A DNA stretch of 64,000 nucleotides from Bdellovibrionales bacterium (lineage in GTDB: Bacteria; Pseudomonadota; Alphaproteobacteria; UBA9219). The stretch lies in the NCBI GenBank assembly GCA_041662785.1, contig JBAZRW010000002.1:14313-78312 (forward strand), in the 5' to 3' direction. Both the position numbers and the translations under genes were made by a program. The notes under the pieces are model-generated. The model ran no database searches and was not told where the DNA came from. It was given only the letters and a program-made list of their open reading frames with translations. Positions 29,047-36,818 of the stretch are shown here, in pieces. Each line of letters opens with the position of its first letter. Within the stretch, counting starts at the first letter, position 1.

Positions 29047-29116
29047 TTCAGAGTTCAGAGTTCAGAGTTCAGAGTTCAGAGTTCAGAGTTCAGAGTTCAG
29101 AGTAAAGAGTAAAGAG
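29047..29116. repeat. Perfect heptanucleotide tandem repeat (TTCAGAG)x8 followed by (TAAAGAG)x2.
   Basis: Seen directly. It lies 17 nt upstream of the RND exporter start codon, in the leader or promoter region. Confidence 0.95.
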
Positions 29117-29140
29117 CCTTGATAGTCATTTCTCCCTTGG

Positions 29141-29313
29141 CGTCATCCCCGTGCCCTCGTCCCGCCGCTCTTGCGGCGGGCGAAAGGGAAAGGCGGGGAT
29201 TCAGCTGCGCCGCGTCTGCGGCGCACATGAATCAAAAAAAGTGCGGCAAACACAATGTTTTTGACTCATCTGCCGCGTTGACACGCGGCGCTGGATCCCG
29301 ACTTTCGTCGGGA
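29141..29313. repeat. Family-A repeat element, copy A5.
   Basis: CGTCATCCCCGTGCCCTCGTCCCGCCGCTCTTGCGGCGGGCGAAAGGGAAAGGCGGGGATTC is a 65-bp module variant. The second hairpin unit is CTGGATCCCGACTTTCGTCGGGATGACG. Confidence 0.85.
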
Positions 29314-29359
29314 TGACGAGTGGGAAAGGTAACAAGAATGACAGTTTCTCATCAGGTGA

Positions 29360-29893
29360 CTATTCTTTCTCTTCCTCCCTTTCAATCGGCACGCCCGCCG
29401 CGTATTTTGTGCGGCGCATGGCGGGGAAGGATTTGACGTGCGACACATTGGTTGTGGCGGTCAGTTGTGTTGTTAGAAACTTTTGAAAGGACTCCCAGTC
29501 CTCAGAGACGACCTTAAGAAGAAAATCGGAATCGCCCGTCAACATATAGCTGGCGCGAACTTGTGGCCAGCCATCGACTAGCTTGGCAAAGTGGAGCAGG
29601 TCGGATTCGGCGTGGTTGGCCAGTCCAACATGGATAAAGACGGTCAGGCCAAAGCCTAGTTTATCGGGCGCGACATCGGCATGATAGCCGCGAATATAGC
29701 CCGCATCCTCTAGCGCCCTTACGCGCCGAAGGCACGGCGGGGCGGAAAGGCCCACCTTTTTAGCCAAATCGACGTTGGAACCGCGCCCGTTTTCCTGCAT
29801 TTCGCGCAGGATTGTAAGGTCGATTGAATCAAGTTTGACGTGCTTCATGCGTTTCTCGTACAGTGATTGTTCAGTCCAGAGTCGCTTCTTCAA
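29360..29893 (-). CDS. Lrp/AsnC-family transcriptional regulator.
   Basis: HTH (LDSIDLTILREMQENGRGSNVDLAKKVGLSAPPCLRRVRALEDAGYI) and a RAM domain. The true start may be the internal MKHVKL. Confidence 0.85.
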   Translation of the reverse strand: MKKRLWTEQSLYEKRMKHVKLDSIDLTILREMQENGRGSNVDLAKKVGLSAPPCLRRVRALEDAGYIRGYHADVAPDKLGFGLTVFIHVGLANHAESDLLHFAKLVDGWPQVRASYMLTGDSDFLLKVVSEDWESFQKFLTTQLTATTNVSHVKSFPAMRRTKYAAGVPIEREEEKE

Positions 29894-29909
29894 AAAGGAT
29901 CATAGCGTT

Positions 29910-30881
29910 ATGTCTGCCAAGAGCCAAGTCACATGCTGGATCGTCACTTCGGGCGTTATCGGAATGGAAAACCAGTGCCTTGGGCTGGCGGCGGCCTTGG
30001 GCGTTCAGCCCGTGGTCAAGCGCATCAAGCTTCGCGCCCCGTGGCAGCAGCTTGCGCCTTTTTTGCGGCGCGGCCTTCGCCGCGCTTTTAGTGCTAAGGG
30101 CGATCCCGTCGCGCCGCCTTGGCCCGACTTGATCATCGCGTCGGGCAGAGCAGGGGCGGCCGCGTGCCTTTATGCCCGCCGTGCGGCGGCCAAGGCTGGC
30201 AAAAAGGTCTTCACGGTCTATATTCAAAATCCTGTCATTGATCCCTCGCGCTTTGATCTGGTGATTGTGCCGCGCCATGATGGCGTGCTGGGCGACAACG
30301 TGATGACCACGCGCGGCTCGATGCATCGCGTGACGCCAGAGCTTTTGGCGCAAGAGGCTAAGAAATTCCTGCCGCGCTTTGCGGAGCTGCCGTCACCGTT
30401 GGTGGCTGTCGCGATTGGTGGCAACAACGCGGTTTACCGCCTGACGCCGGAGGAGATGAAGCCGCTGGCCGCGCAGCTTGCCAAACTGGCCAAGACCACG
30501 GGGGGCAGCCTTTTGGTGACGCCCTCGCGCCGGACAGGTGAGGATAATATCGCGATCTTGAAAAAGGCGTTGAGTGGCGTGCCGCATTTTCTGTGGGACG
30601 GGCAGGGCGAGAACCCCTATTACGGGATGCTGGCGTTGGCAGAGGTTCTTCTTGTCACGGCGGATTCCGTCAACATGGCGTCCGAGGCTTGTTCGACGGG
30701 CAAGCCGACCCTCATTATTCCGCTGGCGGGCGGGTCAGAGAAATTCCGCCGCTTCCATCAAACCTTACGCGATGATGGCTTTACGCGGCCTTTTACAGGC
30801 AAGCTAGAGCGTTGGACGTATCACCCCTTGAACGACGTGGCCCTCGCCGCCGCACGGATTAAGGAAATGATGGGGCGCTGA
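29910..30881 (+). CDS. ELM1/DUF1022-family protein (mitochondrial fission ELM1-like, predicted glycosyltransferase-like fold), typical of alphaproteobacteria.
   Basis: Start assigned to MSAKSQV. The family is recalled from conserved blocks (LGLAAALG, DLVIVPRHD). Confidence 0.55.
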   Translation: MSAKSQVTCWIVTSGVIGMENQCLGLAAALGVQPVVKRIKLRAPWQQLAPFLRRGLRRAFSAKGDPVAPPWPDLIIASGRAGAAACLYARRAAAKAGKKVFTVYIQNPVIDPSRFDLVIVPRHDGVLGDNVMTTRGSMHRVTPELLAQEAKKFLPRFAELPSPLVAVAIGGNNAVYRLTPEEMKPLAAQLAKLAKTTGGSLLVTPSRRTGEDNIAILKKALSGVPHFLWDGQGENPYYGMLALAEVLLVTADSVNMASEACSTGKPTLIIPLAGGSEKFRRFHQTLRDDGFTRPFTGKLERWTYHPLNDVALAAARIKEMMGR

Positions 30882-30929
30882 GGGTGGGGTGATCCTCTTG
30901 CCCCTACGCTACGCCGATGCGCAAGAAGG

Positions 30930-31811
30930 TCAAGTCGGGCTTGTTATTAGGTTTATGCCTTGGCGGCCAAGAGGCGTGCCATACATTCCCTTGATGGGTT
31001 CTGATCCCGCATATTGCCATAGAGTGCAATCAGGGCATGCCTTCTTTAAGGTTGTTGCGCCGAAACGTTTTTCAAGTTCTCTTGAAAGCTGTGCATGACC
31101 ACCCCAATCTTCACCCAAAAGAACATTTTCGCTTGCGGCATAGAGCTGTGACATTTGATACACAAAGCCTTCAGCTTTTGGCGATCGCATAACGATAGTC
31201 GCAAGGCTTGCATGGTAATCTGTTATGCGACCTGGTGCGCTATAAGCGCACCGTTGAGCTACTTCGTTGATGAAAGAGGCTTTACTAAAAAGCGTAGGGC
31301 GTACCTCAATGGCGTGACACAAAAACGAAGCAATCGCTGAATTACGGGTGTCAACTTCGTTCAACTTGTCTTGCGTGATGGGGGCGAATTTGTTGCGTCC
31401 CATTCGGTATACATCATAAGAATTAGAGCGGTAGGCCAGAAGAATCGGGTCTAGAATGTTAAAAATCAAAACACTATCTGAAATCTTCCGGTTGGTTGTG
31501 AGGTTTTGTGACAAGGTGCTAAGAGAGCCGCAGTTAAGGCCTCCGCTTAAGGCAACCTTTATCCTAAAACCCTTGTAAACGCCTTCATTGTAGGAATAGG
31601 CGCTATGGTTATCGTGCCAATTTTCTGCGGTGAGGCCACGAAGAAAAGATTTGGCGCACGATATAAAATCGCCGATTAATCGAGGGGAAGCTTCATGCTC
31701 CTTGCGTTTCAGAACTTTCCCTATAACAGGATGAGACATAGCAAGTGCACTAAGGGCATCTGTGTTGTCGTGTATTTCCGTAAAGGGCTTCGTCAATGAT
31801 TTATTAGGCAT
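30930..31811 (-). CDS. Hypothetical protein, last gene of the zeta-kinase/ThyX-like/KpsF operon. Lower GC.
   Basis: 293-aa ORF. No family recognised. A weak C-terminal WQY..G resemblance to GH25-type hydrolases is not convincing. Confidence 0.45.
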   Translation of the reverse strand: MPNKSLTKPFTEIHDNTDALSALAMSHPVIGKVLKRKEHEASPRLIGDFISCAKSFLRGLTAENWHDNHSAYSYNEGVYKGFRIKVALSGGLNCGSLSTLSQNLTTNRKISDSVLIFNILDPILLAYRSNSYDVYRMGRNKFAPITQDKLNEVDTRNSAIASFLCHAIEVRPTLFSKASFINEVAQRCAYSAPGRITDYHASLATIVMRSPKAEGFVYQMSQLYAASENVLLGEDWGGHAQLSRELEKRFGATTLKKACPDCTLWQYAGSEPIKGMYGTPLGRQGINLITSPT

Positions 31812-31896
31812 TTAAATTTTCCTGTATCCAAAAAAGGGAAGAAAAATTGATACGCTTTGTGTATGCCGCAGCGCAATTAAAAAGCATGGTTAACGG

Positions 31897-32859
31897 CTAC
31901 GCCACACCGATTTTCAGAAGATCATGGATATGCAAGATGCCAAGTGGCGCGGCGCGTTCATCCACCACAAAGACTTGTGTGCGGTTTTTCTCGTTCAGGA
32001 CTTTCAGCGCCTCGGCGGCCAAAAGGCGCGGGGCAAAAACCATCGGGCTTTTCGTCATCACTTCAGCGGCTGTCTTTTGCGTTAGGCCATCGCCCATATG
32101 GCGACGCAAATCGCCGTCGGTGATGATGCCTTGCAGCGTGCCGTTTTCATCCACGATGCCCGCGCAGCCAAAGCGCTTTTCCGTCATCACGACCAGCACA
32201 TGCGCCATCGTGTCGGTAAGCTTCGCCAGCGGCACATCATCGCCGCTGTGCATAATGTCTTGAACGCGTAGCAGCGCTTGACCCAGCTTGCCACCCGGAT
32301 GGAAGTTGCCGAAATCCTCGGCGGTAAAGCCTTTCATCTCTAAGGCCGCAACAGCCAGTGCGTCGCCTAGCGCCAGCGTGGCGGTGGTGGACGTTGTGGG
32401 CGCAAGGCCCAGAGCGCCGACTTCTGGCACGTCGGGCAGTTGCAAAAGGATATCCGCTGCGCTGCCCAGCGAACTGGACTCTTTGCGCGTGATGCCGATC
32501 AGCGTCATGGCAAAGCGCTTGGCATAGGAGATCATGTCGCCAAGCTCCTTGGACTCGCCAGAGCTAGAGATGGCGATCACGACGTCCTCGCGCATCACCA
32601 TGCCCAAATCGCCGTGGCTGGCTTCGCCCGGATGAACGAAGTAGGCGGGCGTTCCGGTCGAGGCCATGGTTGCCGCAATCTTGCGGGCGATATGGCCGCT
32701 TTTGCCCATGCCCGTCACGATCACGTGACCTTTACAGGCGACGATAGCGCGGACAGCGCGAACAAAGGCATCGTTCATCTGCTCGGCCTGTTGTGCCAGC
32801 GCCTTGCTCTCGGCCACAAAGACAGCCCGCCCGCTGGCGAGGATAGAGGAGTCGTTCAT
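31897..32859 (-). CDS. kdsD: KpsF/KdsD/GutQ-family arabinose-5-phosphate isomerase (SIS domain plus tandem CBS domains).
   Basis: SIS motif (VIVTGMGKSGHIARKIAATMASTGTPAYFVHP) and a C-terminal CBS pair. There is a 5-bp gap to the upstream ThyX-like gene. Confidence 0.85.
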   Translation of the reverse strand: MNDSSILASGRAVFVAESKALAQQAEQMNDAFVRAVRAIVACKGHVIVTGMGKSGHIARKIAATMASTGTPAYFVHPGEASHGDLGMVMREDVVIAISSSGESKELGDMISYAKRFAMTLIGITRKESSSLGSAADILLQLPDVPEVGALGLAPTTSTTATLALGDALAVAALEMKGFTAEDFGNFHPGGKLGQALLRVQDIMHSGDDVPLAKLTDTMAHVLVVMTEKRFGCAGIVDENGTLQGIITDGDLRRHMGDGLTQKTAAEVMTKSPMVFAPRLLAAEALKVLNEKNRTQVFVVDERAAPLGILHIHDLLKIGVA

Positions 32860-32864
32860 ATAAT

Positions 32865-34265
32865 TTAGCCTACTTTCCTAGCAATCGTTTGTTCGCCGCG
32901 TTTGGCTGTCCAGTTATCAAGATCATGGTCGCCGTAAAGCGCGGCTTCTGGTACGTCGTCGCCCAGAATGTTCAGCATCTTTTGCGCTATGGGCCGCAGC
33001 GAACCATGCACCGTTTTGGCCGAGCGAAGCTCACCGACATAAACCGTTTCCGGCACACTATAGGCCGTATGCACCAGCGCCTGCATCCCCATGGGGAAAA
33101 GGTACTGGTTTTGCTCTGGCGTGGCGGCGACTCCTTGAGCGGGCAGGGCGGCGATGGCCTTAACCTGCGCGTCGATGGAGTCTAGAAGGGTTTTATAATC
33201 CGCTTCGCCCATCAGGCTCTTGAACTGATCCAAATACCAAGGATGTAGGCCATAGCGTCCATCCAGAAGCGGGATTTGGCACACGCCATTGCGATGGCGC
33301 TGAATGTCGCGGAAACTGCCATAATCGAGCAAAAAAACGAAGTTGTACGAGCCATAGGCATTCAATCGCCACGGCAGCGCTGCGCCTTGCGGACGCGTAG
33401 CCAAAACCTCGCCTTCGTTTTTCTTAAGGCCGTCAAGGTCTAGGCTATCGCGCCGCGCCACCACGTCGCCTGCCGCCAGCGCGGTGCGCTCGGCCTCGGT
33501 CAGGTGAAAACGCGCCTCGATATCTTCGGGCGTTTGATAGTGCGTGCGGCTGGCATTTTGCTTGGCATAGGCATCGCGAGGGGCGGAGCCGCTGTCATCC
33601 ATATCGTCGGCGCGGAAGCTGTGAGGGTAGCGCTCACGCAGCGTGGTGTGCAGGCTTTGCGCGACCTCGCGCACTTCGGCCAGAGGATGAAACTTCAGGC
33701 GGCGCAGATTATCCCGCGCTTGCCGCAGGGATGTGCTCCAGCTGAACAAAGTGGTGGTTCCCAGCGGCAGAAGGCTGCGGGCGATATCAAAGCCCCGCGC
33801 ATTTAGCGTGTTATGCCAGACTTTTTCGTTCTTGTATTCGGTGGGGTCAAAGGGATGTTGTTTTTCTAGTCCCGCGATCAACTTAGCGAGCGTGTCGTTG
33901 TAAATCTCTTTCCAGCGGTTTTGGATGGCGGTAGAGGCCGCATGGTTATAAGGATCGACGATGGCTTGCTGGGCATAGTCCAGATAGCGAGTGGAGGCTT
34001 CCTGCCCGTTATACAGAGGGTTTTCCTGTACCGCCTTGGCGACCAGCATGGAGACTTGTTCGATAAAGCAGGTCGTCGACCCGCAATCGCCAATCGAGGC
34101 GTGACCATAACCGACATAATACTGATCCATAAACTTGCCGCTGCCGGACTCTTTCAGCTTTTTGATATGGGTTACAACGCTGGCGGGTGAGCGCGAGTAC
34201 AGCGCTTGCAACATGGCCATGTCTTCGGGGTGGTGATCATCGACAACAAAAACTTCGTGCGGCAT
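32865..34265 (-). CDS. Tandem-duplicated ThyX-fold protein (flavin-dependent thymidylate synthase family). The N-terminal domain lacks the RHR motif; the C-terminal domain keeps RHR but not the Ser.
   Basis: Domain 1 has GHAS...LVAKAVQENPLYNGQEASTRY where ThyX has [21 protein letters not shown], and ARSLLPLGTTTLFSWSTSLRQARDNLRRLKFHPLAEVREVA where ThyX has ARxVLP...NxRSLxxFLxLRxxxxAQxEIR. Domain 2 has FRDIQRHRNGVCQIPLLDGRYG and a second ...LRS...R.IA block. The alignment is to remembered T. maritima and H. pylori ThyX sequences. Confidence 0.5.
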   Translation of the reverse strand: MPHEVFVVDDHHPEDMAMLQALYSRSPASVVTHIKKLKESGSGKFMDQYYVGYGHASIGDCGSTTCFIEQVSMLVAKAVQENPLYNGQEASTRYLDYAQQAIVDPYNHAASTAIQNRWKEIYNDTLAKLIAGLEKQHPFDPTEYKNEKVWHNTLNARGFDIARSLLPLGTTTLFSWSTSLRQARDNLRRLKFHPLAEVREVAQSLHTTLRERYPHSFRADDMDDSGSAPRDAYAKQNASRTHYQTPEDIEARFHLTEAERTALAAGDVVARRDSLDLDGLKKNEGEVLATRPQGAALPWRLNAYGSYNFVFLLDYGSFRDIQRHRNGVCQIPLLDGRYGLHPWYLDQFKSLMGEADYKTLLDSIDAQVKAIAALPAQGVAATPEQNQYLFPMGMQALVHTAYSVPETVYVGELRSAKTVHGSLRPIAQKMLNILGDDVPEAALYGDHDLDNWTAKRGEQTIARKVG

Positions 34266-34330
34266 AGTTTCCCCCCATTTATTTTAAAATCAGGCTGTGT
34301 GTCAAAAAACAACACAAATCCTTGGGATGA

Positions 34331-35311
34331 TCAATAACTAATACTGGGGGTAGGTTTTGCTTGCCAATGAGTCGTGTTTCGCCTTCCATTAACCATGGTT
34401 TCTGGATCATAGGCGGCCAGTTCATTCATGGCGGCGATAGAAAGAGCGTCTGATTCTTTACCCTGCACAAGTAGTTCGGCTTGTTTTAGAAAAGTGCCAA
34501 CAAGACCCAAATACCATGTCGGTCTATCCTGTGTTACGCTGTTGACGCGATCATAGAGGTTAGTAACTTGTTCGAGATGGTCGCGTTTCTCCTCGCGGCT
34601 CCAAAGGCGGTTTTGCTCATCAAGTAGGATCTCGCTAACTTTTCTGTTGTGGGATTCTATAGGGGATAGGGCGAAAGGTTCTTGGCCTCGCCGATAGACG
34701 CTTACGGGGCTTTTGCAGGTGTATTCAAGCCTGTCCAACGATGATGAAAGGCCTTGGTATAACGCGTTGTGATAATCAACAGAAACCCATCGTGCTGGCG
34801 TGCCAGCAGCCTTTGCCTCTTCGAAACGGTTGATAATGCCGAAAAGGCTTTTTCTCCAATTAAGGGCAATGCATGACGCCCCAACGGTGTAACCAAGAAT
34901 CTGAATGACCCCACAGAAGGGCATTTGAACGTAGGGCGACCATTTTGCTCCCTCGGTCACGATATGTGCCCGCCTCATAACGGCTTCAATGGTAAGCCGC
35001 CTACATAGGGCATTCATCTTTTTTCGAATGGGTCTTTGATCCATAAAAGGGTTTTTGTAGAGGGGGGTATAATCTGGATGAAGCTCTCCCATAGCATCGC
35101 CATCGCCCTCGAAAAGCAATTCACCCTTGGGGTGATCCTTTGCAATCATTTTTCTGCATGTTGTTTTACCGGATCCCGGTTGCGCCAAAAAGAATGTAAA
35201 CTTTGGTGAAGATGGTTTGGTGCCGTGCGTAAAAAATGACTCCCTCAGTGTCTGAAAGAGGATTTGATCCTGTGGTGCGCTATTAGGAGGAAGAGTCACG
35301 GAAATGCTCAT
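34331..35311 (-). CDS. Zeta-toxin-family P-loop kinase (PezT/zeta/AvrRxo1-like) with a C-terminal extension of about 100 aa. No epsilon/PezA-like antitoxin gene is adjacent.
   Basis: Walker A FLAQPGSGKTT. Zeta-family blocks D..M.ELHPDYTPLY (zeta: D..F..QHPNFDEL) and IVTEGAKWS (zeta: LVIEGTGRT), followed by LGYTVG...IINRFEEA (zeta: KGYETK...TIERYE). Confidence 0.7.
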   Translation of the reverse strand: MSISVTLPPNSAPQDQILFQTLRESFFTHGTKPSSPKFTFFLAQPGSGKTTCRKMIAKDHPKGELLFEGDGDAMGELHPDYTPLYKNPFMDQRPIRKKMNALCRRLTIEAVMRRAHIVTEGAKWSPYVQMPFCGVIQILGYTVGASCIALNWRKSLFGIINRFEEAKAAGTPARWVSVDYHNALYQGLSSSLDRLEYTCKSPVSVYRRGQEPFALSPIESHNRKVSEILLDEQNRLWSREEKRDHLEQVTNLYDRVNSVTQDRPTWYLGLVGTFLKQAELLVQGKESDALSIAAMNELAAYDPETMVNGRRNTTHWQAKPTPSISY

Positions 35312-35409
35312 TTCTATATATAAAGTCTGGCTATTATAGGGACGGAAACCAATGTTTCAATACCGCAACAATACTTTCTTATGTAGATTCGATATAATTG
35401 TATGGTATA

Positions 35410-35725
35410 CAGGCCTGTCGGTTAACGCCGACTATGGTGATAAACGCTTTGTGGCATAGACGCTGCGGACCCGGGGGCGGTACCCGGCGCCTCCACCATT
35501 CTTTTGTAGGGGGGCGAAATAGGATCGACGCGTGTAATAAAGACAGAGTTTTTGCCCGGCATGATACCGCCGTTATCGGGTCATTTTGACAAATGCCAAC
35601 GACAATGTTGACATGAGTGCAGTTGCTGTTGCTGCCTAACCTCCGCTTTGCGGAATTAGGGTAGTTTGTGACTCACGCGGTTCGGGGGGCACCGGGCAAC
35701 AGAAGCCCCCCACTTATACTTTGGG
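35410..35725 (+). ncRNA. ssrA: tmRNA (ssrA), circularly permuted two-piece type. The acceptor piece ends in CCA at 35498. The coding piece starts at the G-run at 35509-35514. The tag reading frame at 35595-35639 encodes ANDNVDMSAVAVAA. Ends are approximate.
   Basis: T-arm and acceptor 3' strand ...CCGGGGGCGGTACCCGGCGCCTCCACCA, followed 12 nt later by GGGGGCGAAATAGGATCGACG, which is the tmRNA 5' consensus GGGGNNGAUUCUGGAUUCGACG. The acceptor stem pairs with a G3:U70 wobble. The tag ORF ends with the canonical AVAA-stop. A sigma70-like -10 box TATAAT lies near 35393. Confidence 0.75.
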
Positions 35726-35747
35726 TCTTATTCGTTGAAAGTGCACC

Positions 35748-36221
35748 ATGGCGACCGATCATATCCGATACGACATGCTTGTTGAAAATGCTTTGCGCTC
35801 GGTGGTGCATCAGGCGATGTCCAAGGTGGTTCAAACGGGTCTCCCTGAGGAGCATCATTTCTATATCTCGTTTTTGACGCACTATCCGGGGGTCGATATC
35901 CCCGATTATCTGTATGAAAAATATCCCGAGGAAATGACTATCGTGCTGCAGCACCAGTTTTTTGGGCTGACCGTAACGGATGAGGGCTTTAGCGTCCTTC
36001 TCAGCTTTAATAATGTGCGTGAGCGTTTGACGATTCCTTTCGCCGCGATCACGACTTTTGCCGACCCTTCCGTGAATTTTGCTCTCCAGTTCCAAAACAT
36101 CCCCGTTTCGGAGGAGGGCGAGGAGCTGCCTGAGGCGATTGGGGTTGGCGATTCTCCCGTTGGCGAGGAGGAGCCCAAGAAGGGCGAAGTGATCAGCCTT
36201 GATAAATTCCGCAAGAAATGA
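35748..36221 (+). CDS. sspB: ClpXP adaptor SspB (stringent starvation protein B), alphaproteobacterial type.
   Basis: SspB-fold N-terminal domain (conserved hydrophobic core, HHFYISF, FFGLTVTDEGFSVLLSF), an acidic linker, and a C-terminal ClpX-binding tail ...GEVISLDKFRKK. Confidence 0.6.
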   Translation: MATDHIRYDMLVENALRSVVHQAMSKVVQTGLPEEHHFYISFLTHYPGVDIPDYLYEKYPEEMTIVLQHQFFGLTVTDEGFSVLLSFNNVRERLTIPFAAITTFADPSVNFALQFQNIPVSEEGEELPEAIGVGDSPVGEEEPKKGEVISLDKFRKK

Positions 36222-36428
36222 TGCAAAATACTTGTTTGGCATCAATGTCTTAGCCCTTTGTTGCGTTTTGTGCGGCGAGGGGAAAAGAAAAGCTTTTGCC
36301 TAACGCTTTGGTTGTGCTATCAAACGCTGCTGCTGATCGCCGTGAAGGCTTTCGGAAGGTGGCTTTTGTATCTTTTACAAATGACCCCCGATAAACTGTT
36401 TTTCATTCCCATAAGGAGGGGATTATTC

Positions 36429-36632
36429 GTGCAAGTACTCGTACGTGATAACAATGTTGACCAAGCGCTCCGCGTCCTGAAGAAGAAGCTTCAACGTGAA
36501 GGCGTGTTTCGTGAAATGAAACTCCGCCGCAATTACGAAAAGCCTTCGGAAAAGCGTGTTCGTGAGCAGGCTGAAGCCGTCCGCCGCGCCCGTAAGGTCG
36601 AGCGCAAGCGCAAGGAACGTGAAGGCATGTAA
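36429..36632 (+). CDS. rpsU: 30S ribosomal protein S21.
   Basis: GTG start preceded by GGAGGGG. The protein (M/V)[42 protein letters not shown]... is close to alphaproteobacterial S21. Confidence 0.9.
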   Translation: MQVLVRDNNVDQALRVLKKKLQREGVFREMKLRRNYEKPSEKRVREQAEAVRRARKVERKRKEREGM

Positions 36633-36663
36633 GCTTGCCTTTCAACGATCTAAAGAAATTATT

Positions 36664-36699
36664 AAAAAAGGCCGCTTCATGCGGCCTTTTTTTGTTTTC
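36664..36699 (+). terminator. Rho-independent terminator after rpsU.
   Basis: AAAAAAGGCCGCTTCATGCGGCCTTTTTTTG. Confidence 0.8.
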
Positions 36700-36818
36700 G
36701 TTTTGACACACAACAGTATTTTTCCTGCCAATAAGCGCGTAGGCGGGGTGTTAGGCATATTTAAACCAATAAAACCTATAACCGTCTTTATGAAAAGACG
36801 CACATAAAGGTTTTAGAC

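Noticed and set aside
32865-34265. Calling the 466-aa protein a canonical thymidylate synthase ThyX (thyX).
   Set aside because: The first domain has lost the RHR motif, the second lacks the motif Ser, and the protein is a fused dimer twice the normal size. It is safer to treat it as ThyX-fold with unknown activity until it is searched and assayed.
35673-36245. 190-aa minus-strand ORF.
   Set aside because: It is antisense to sspB and overlaps the tmRNA 3' region. The plus-strand SspB reading has clear family similarity.
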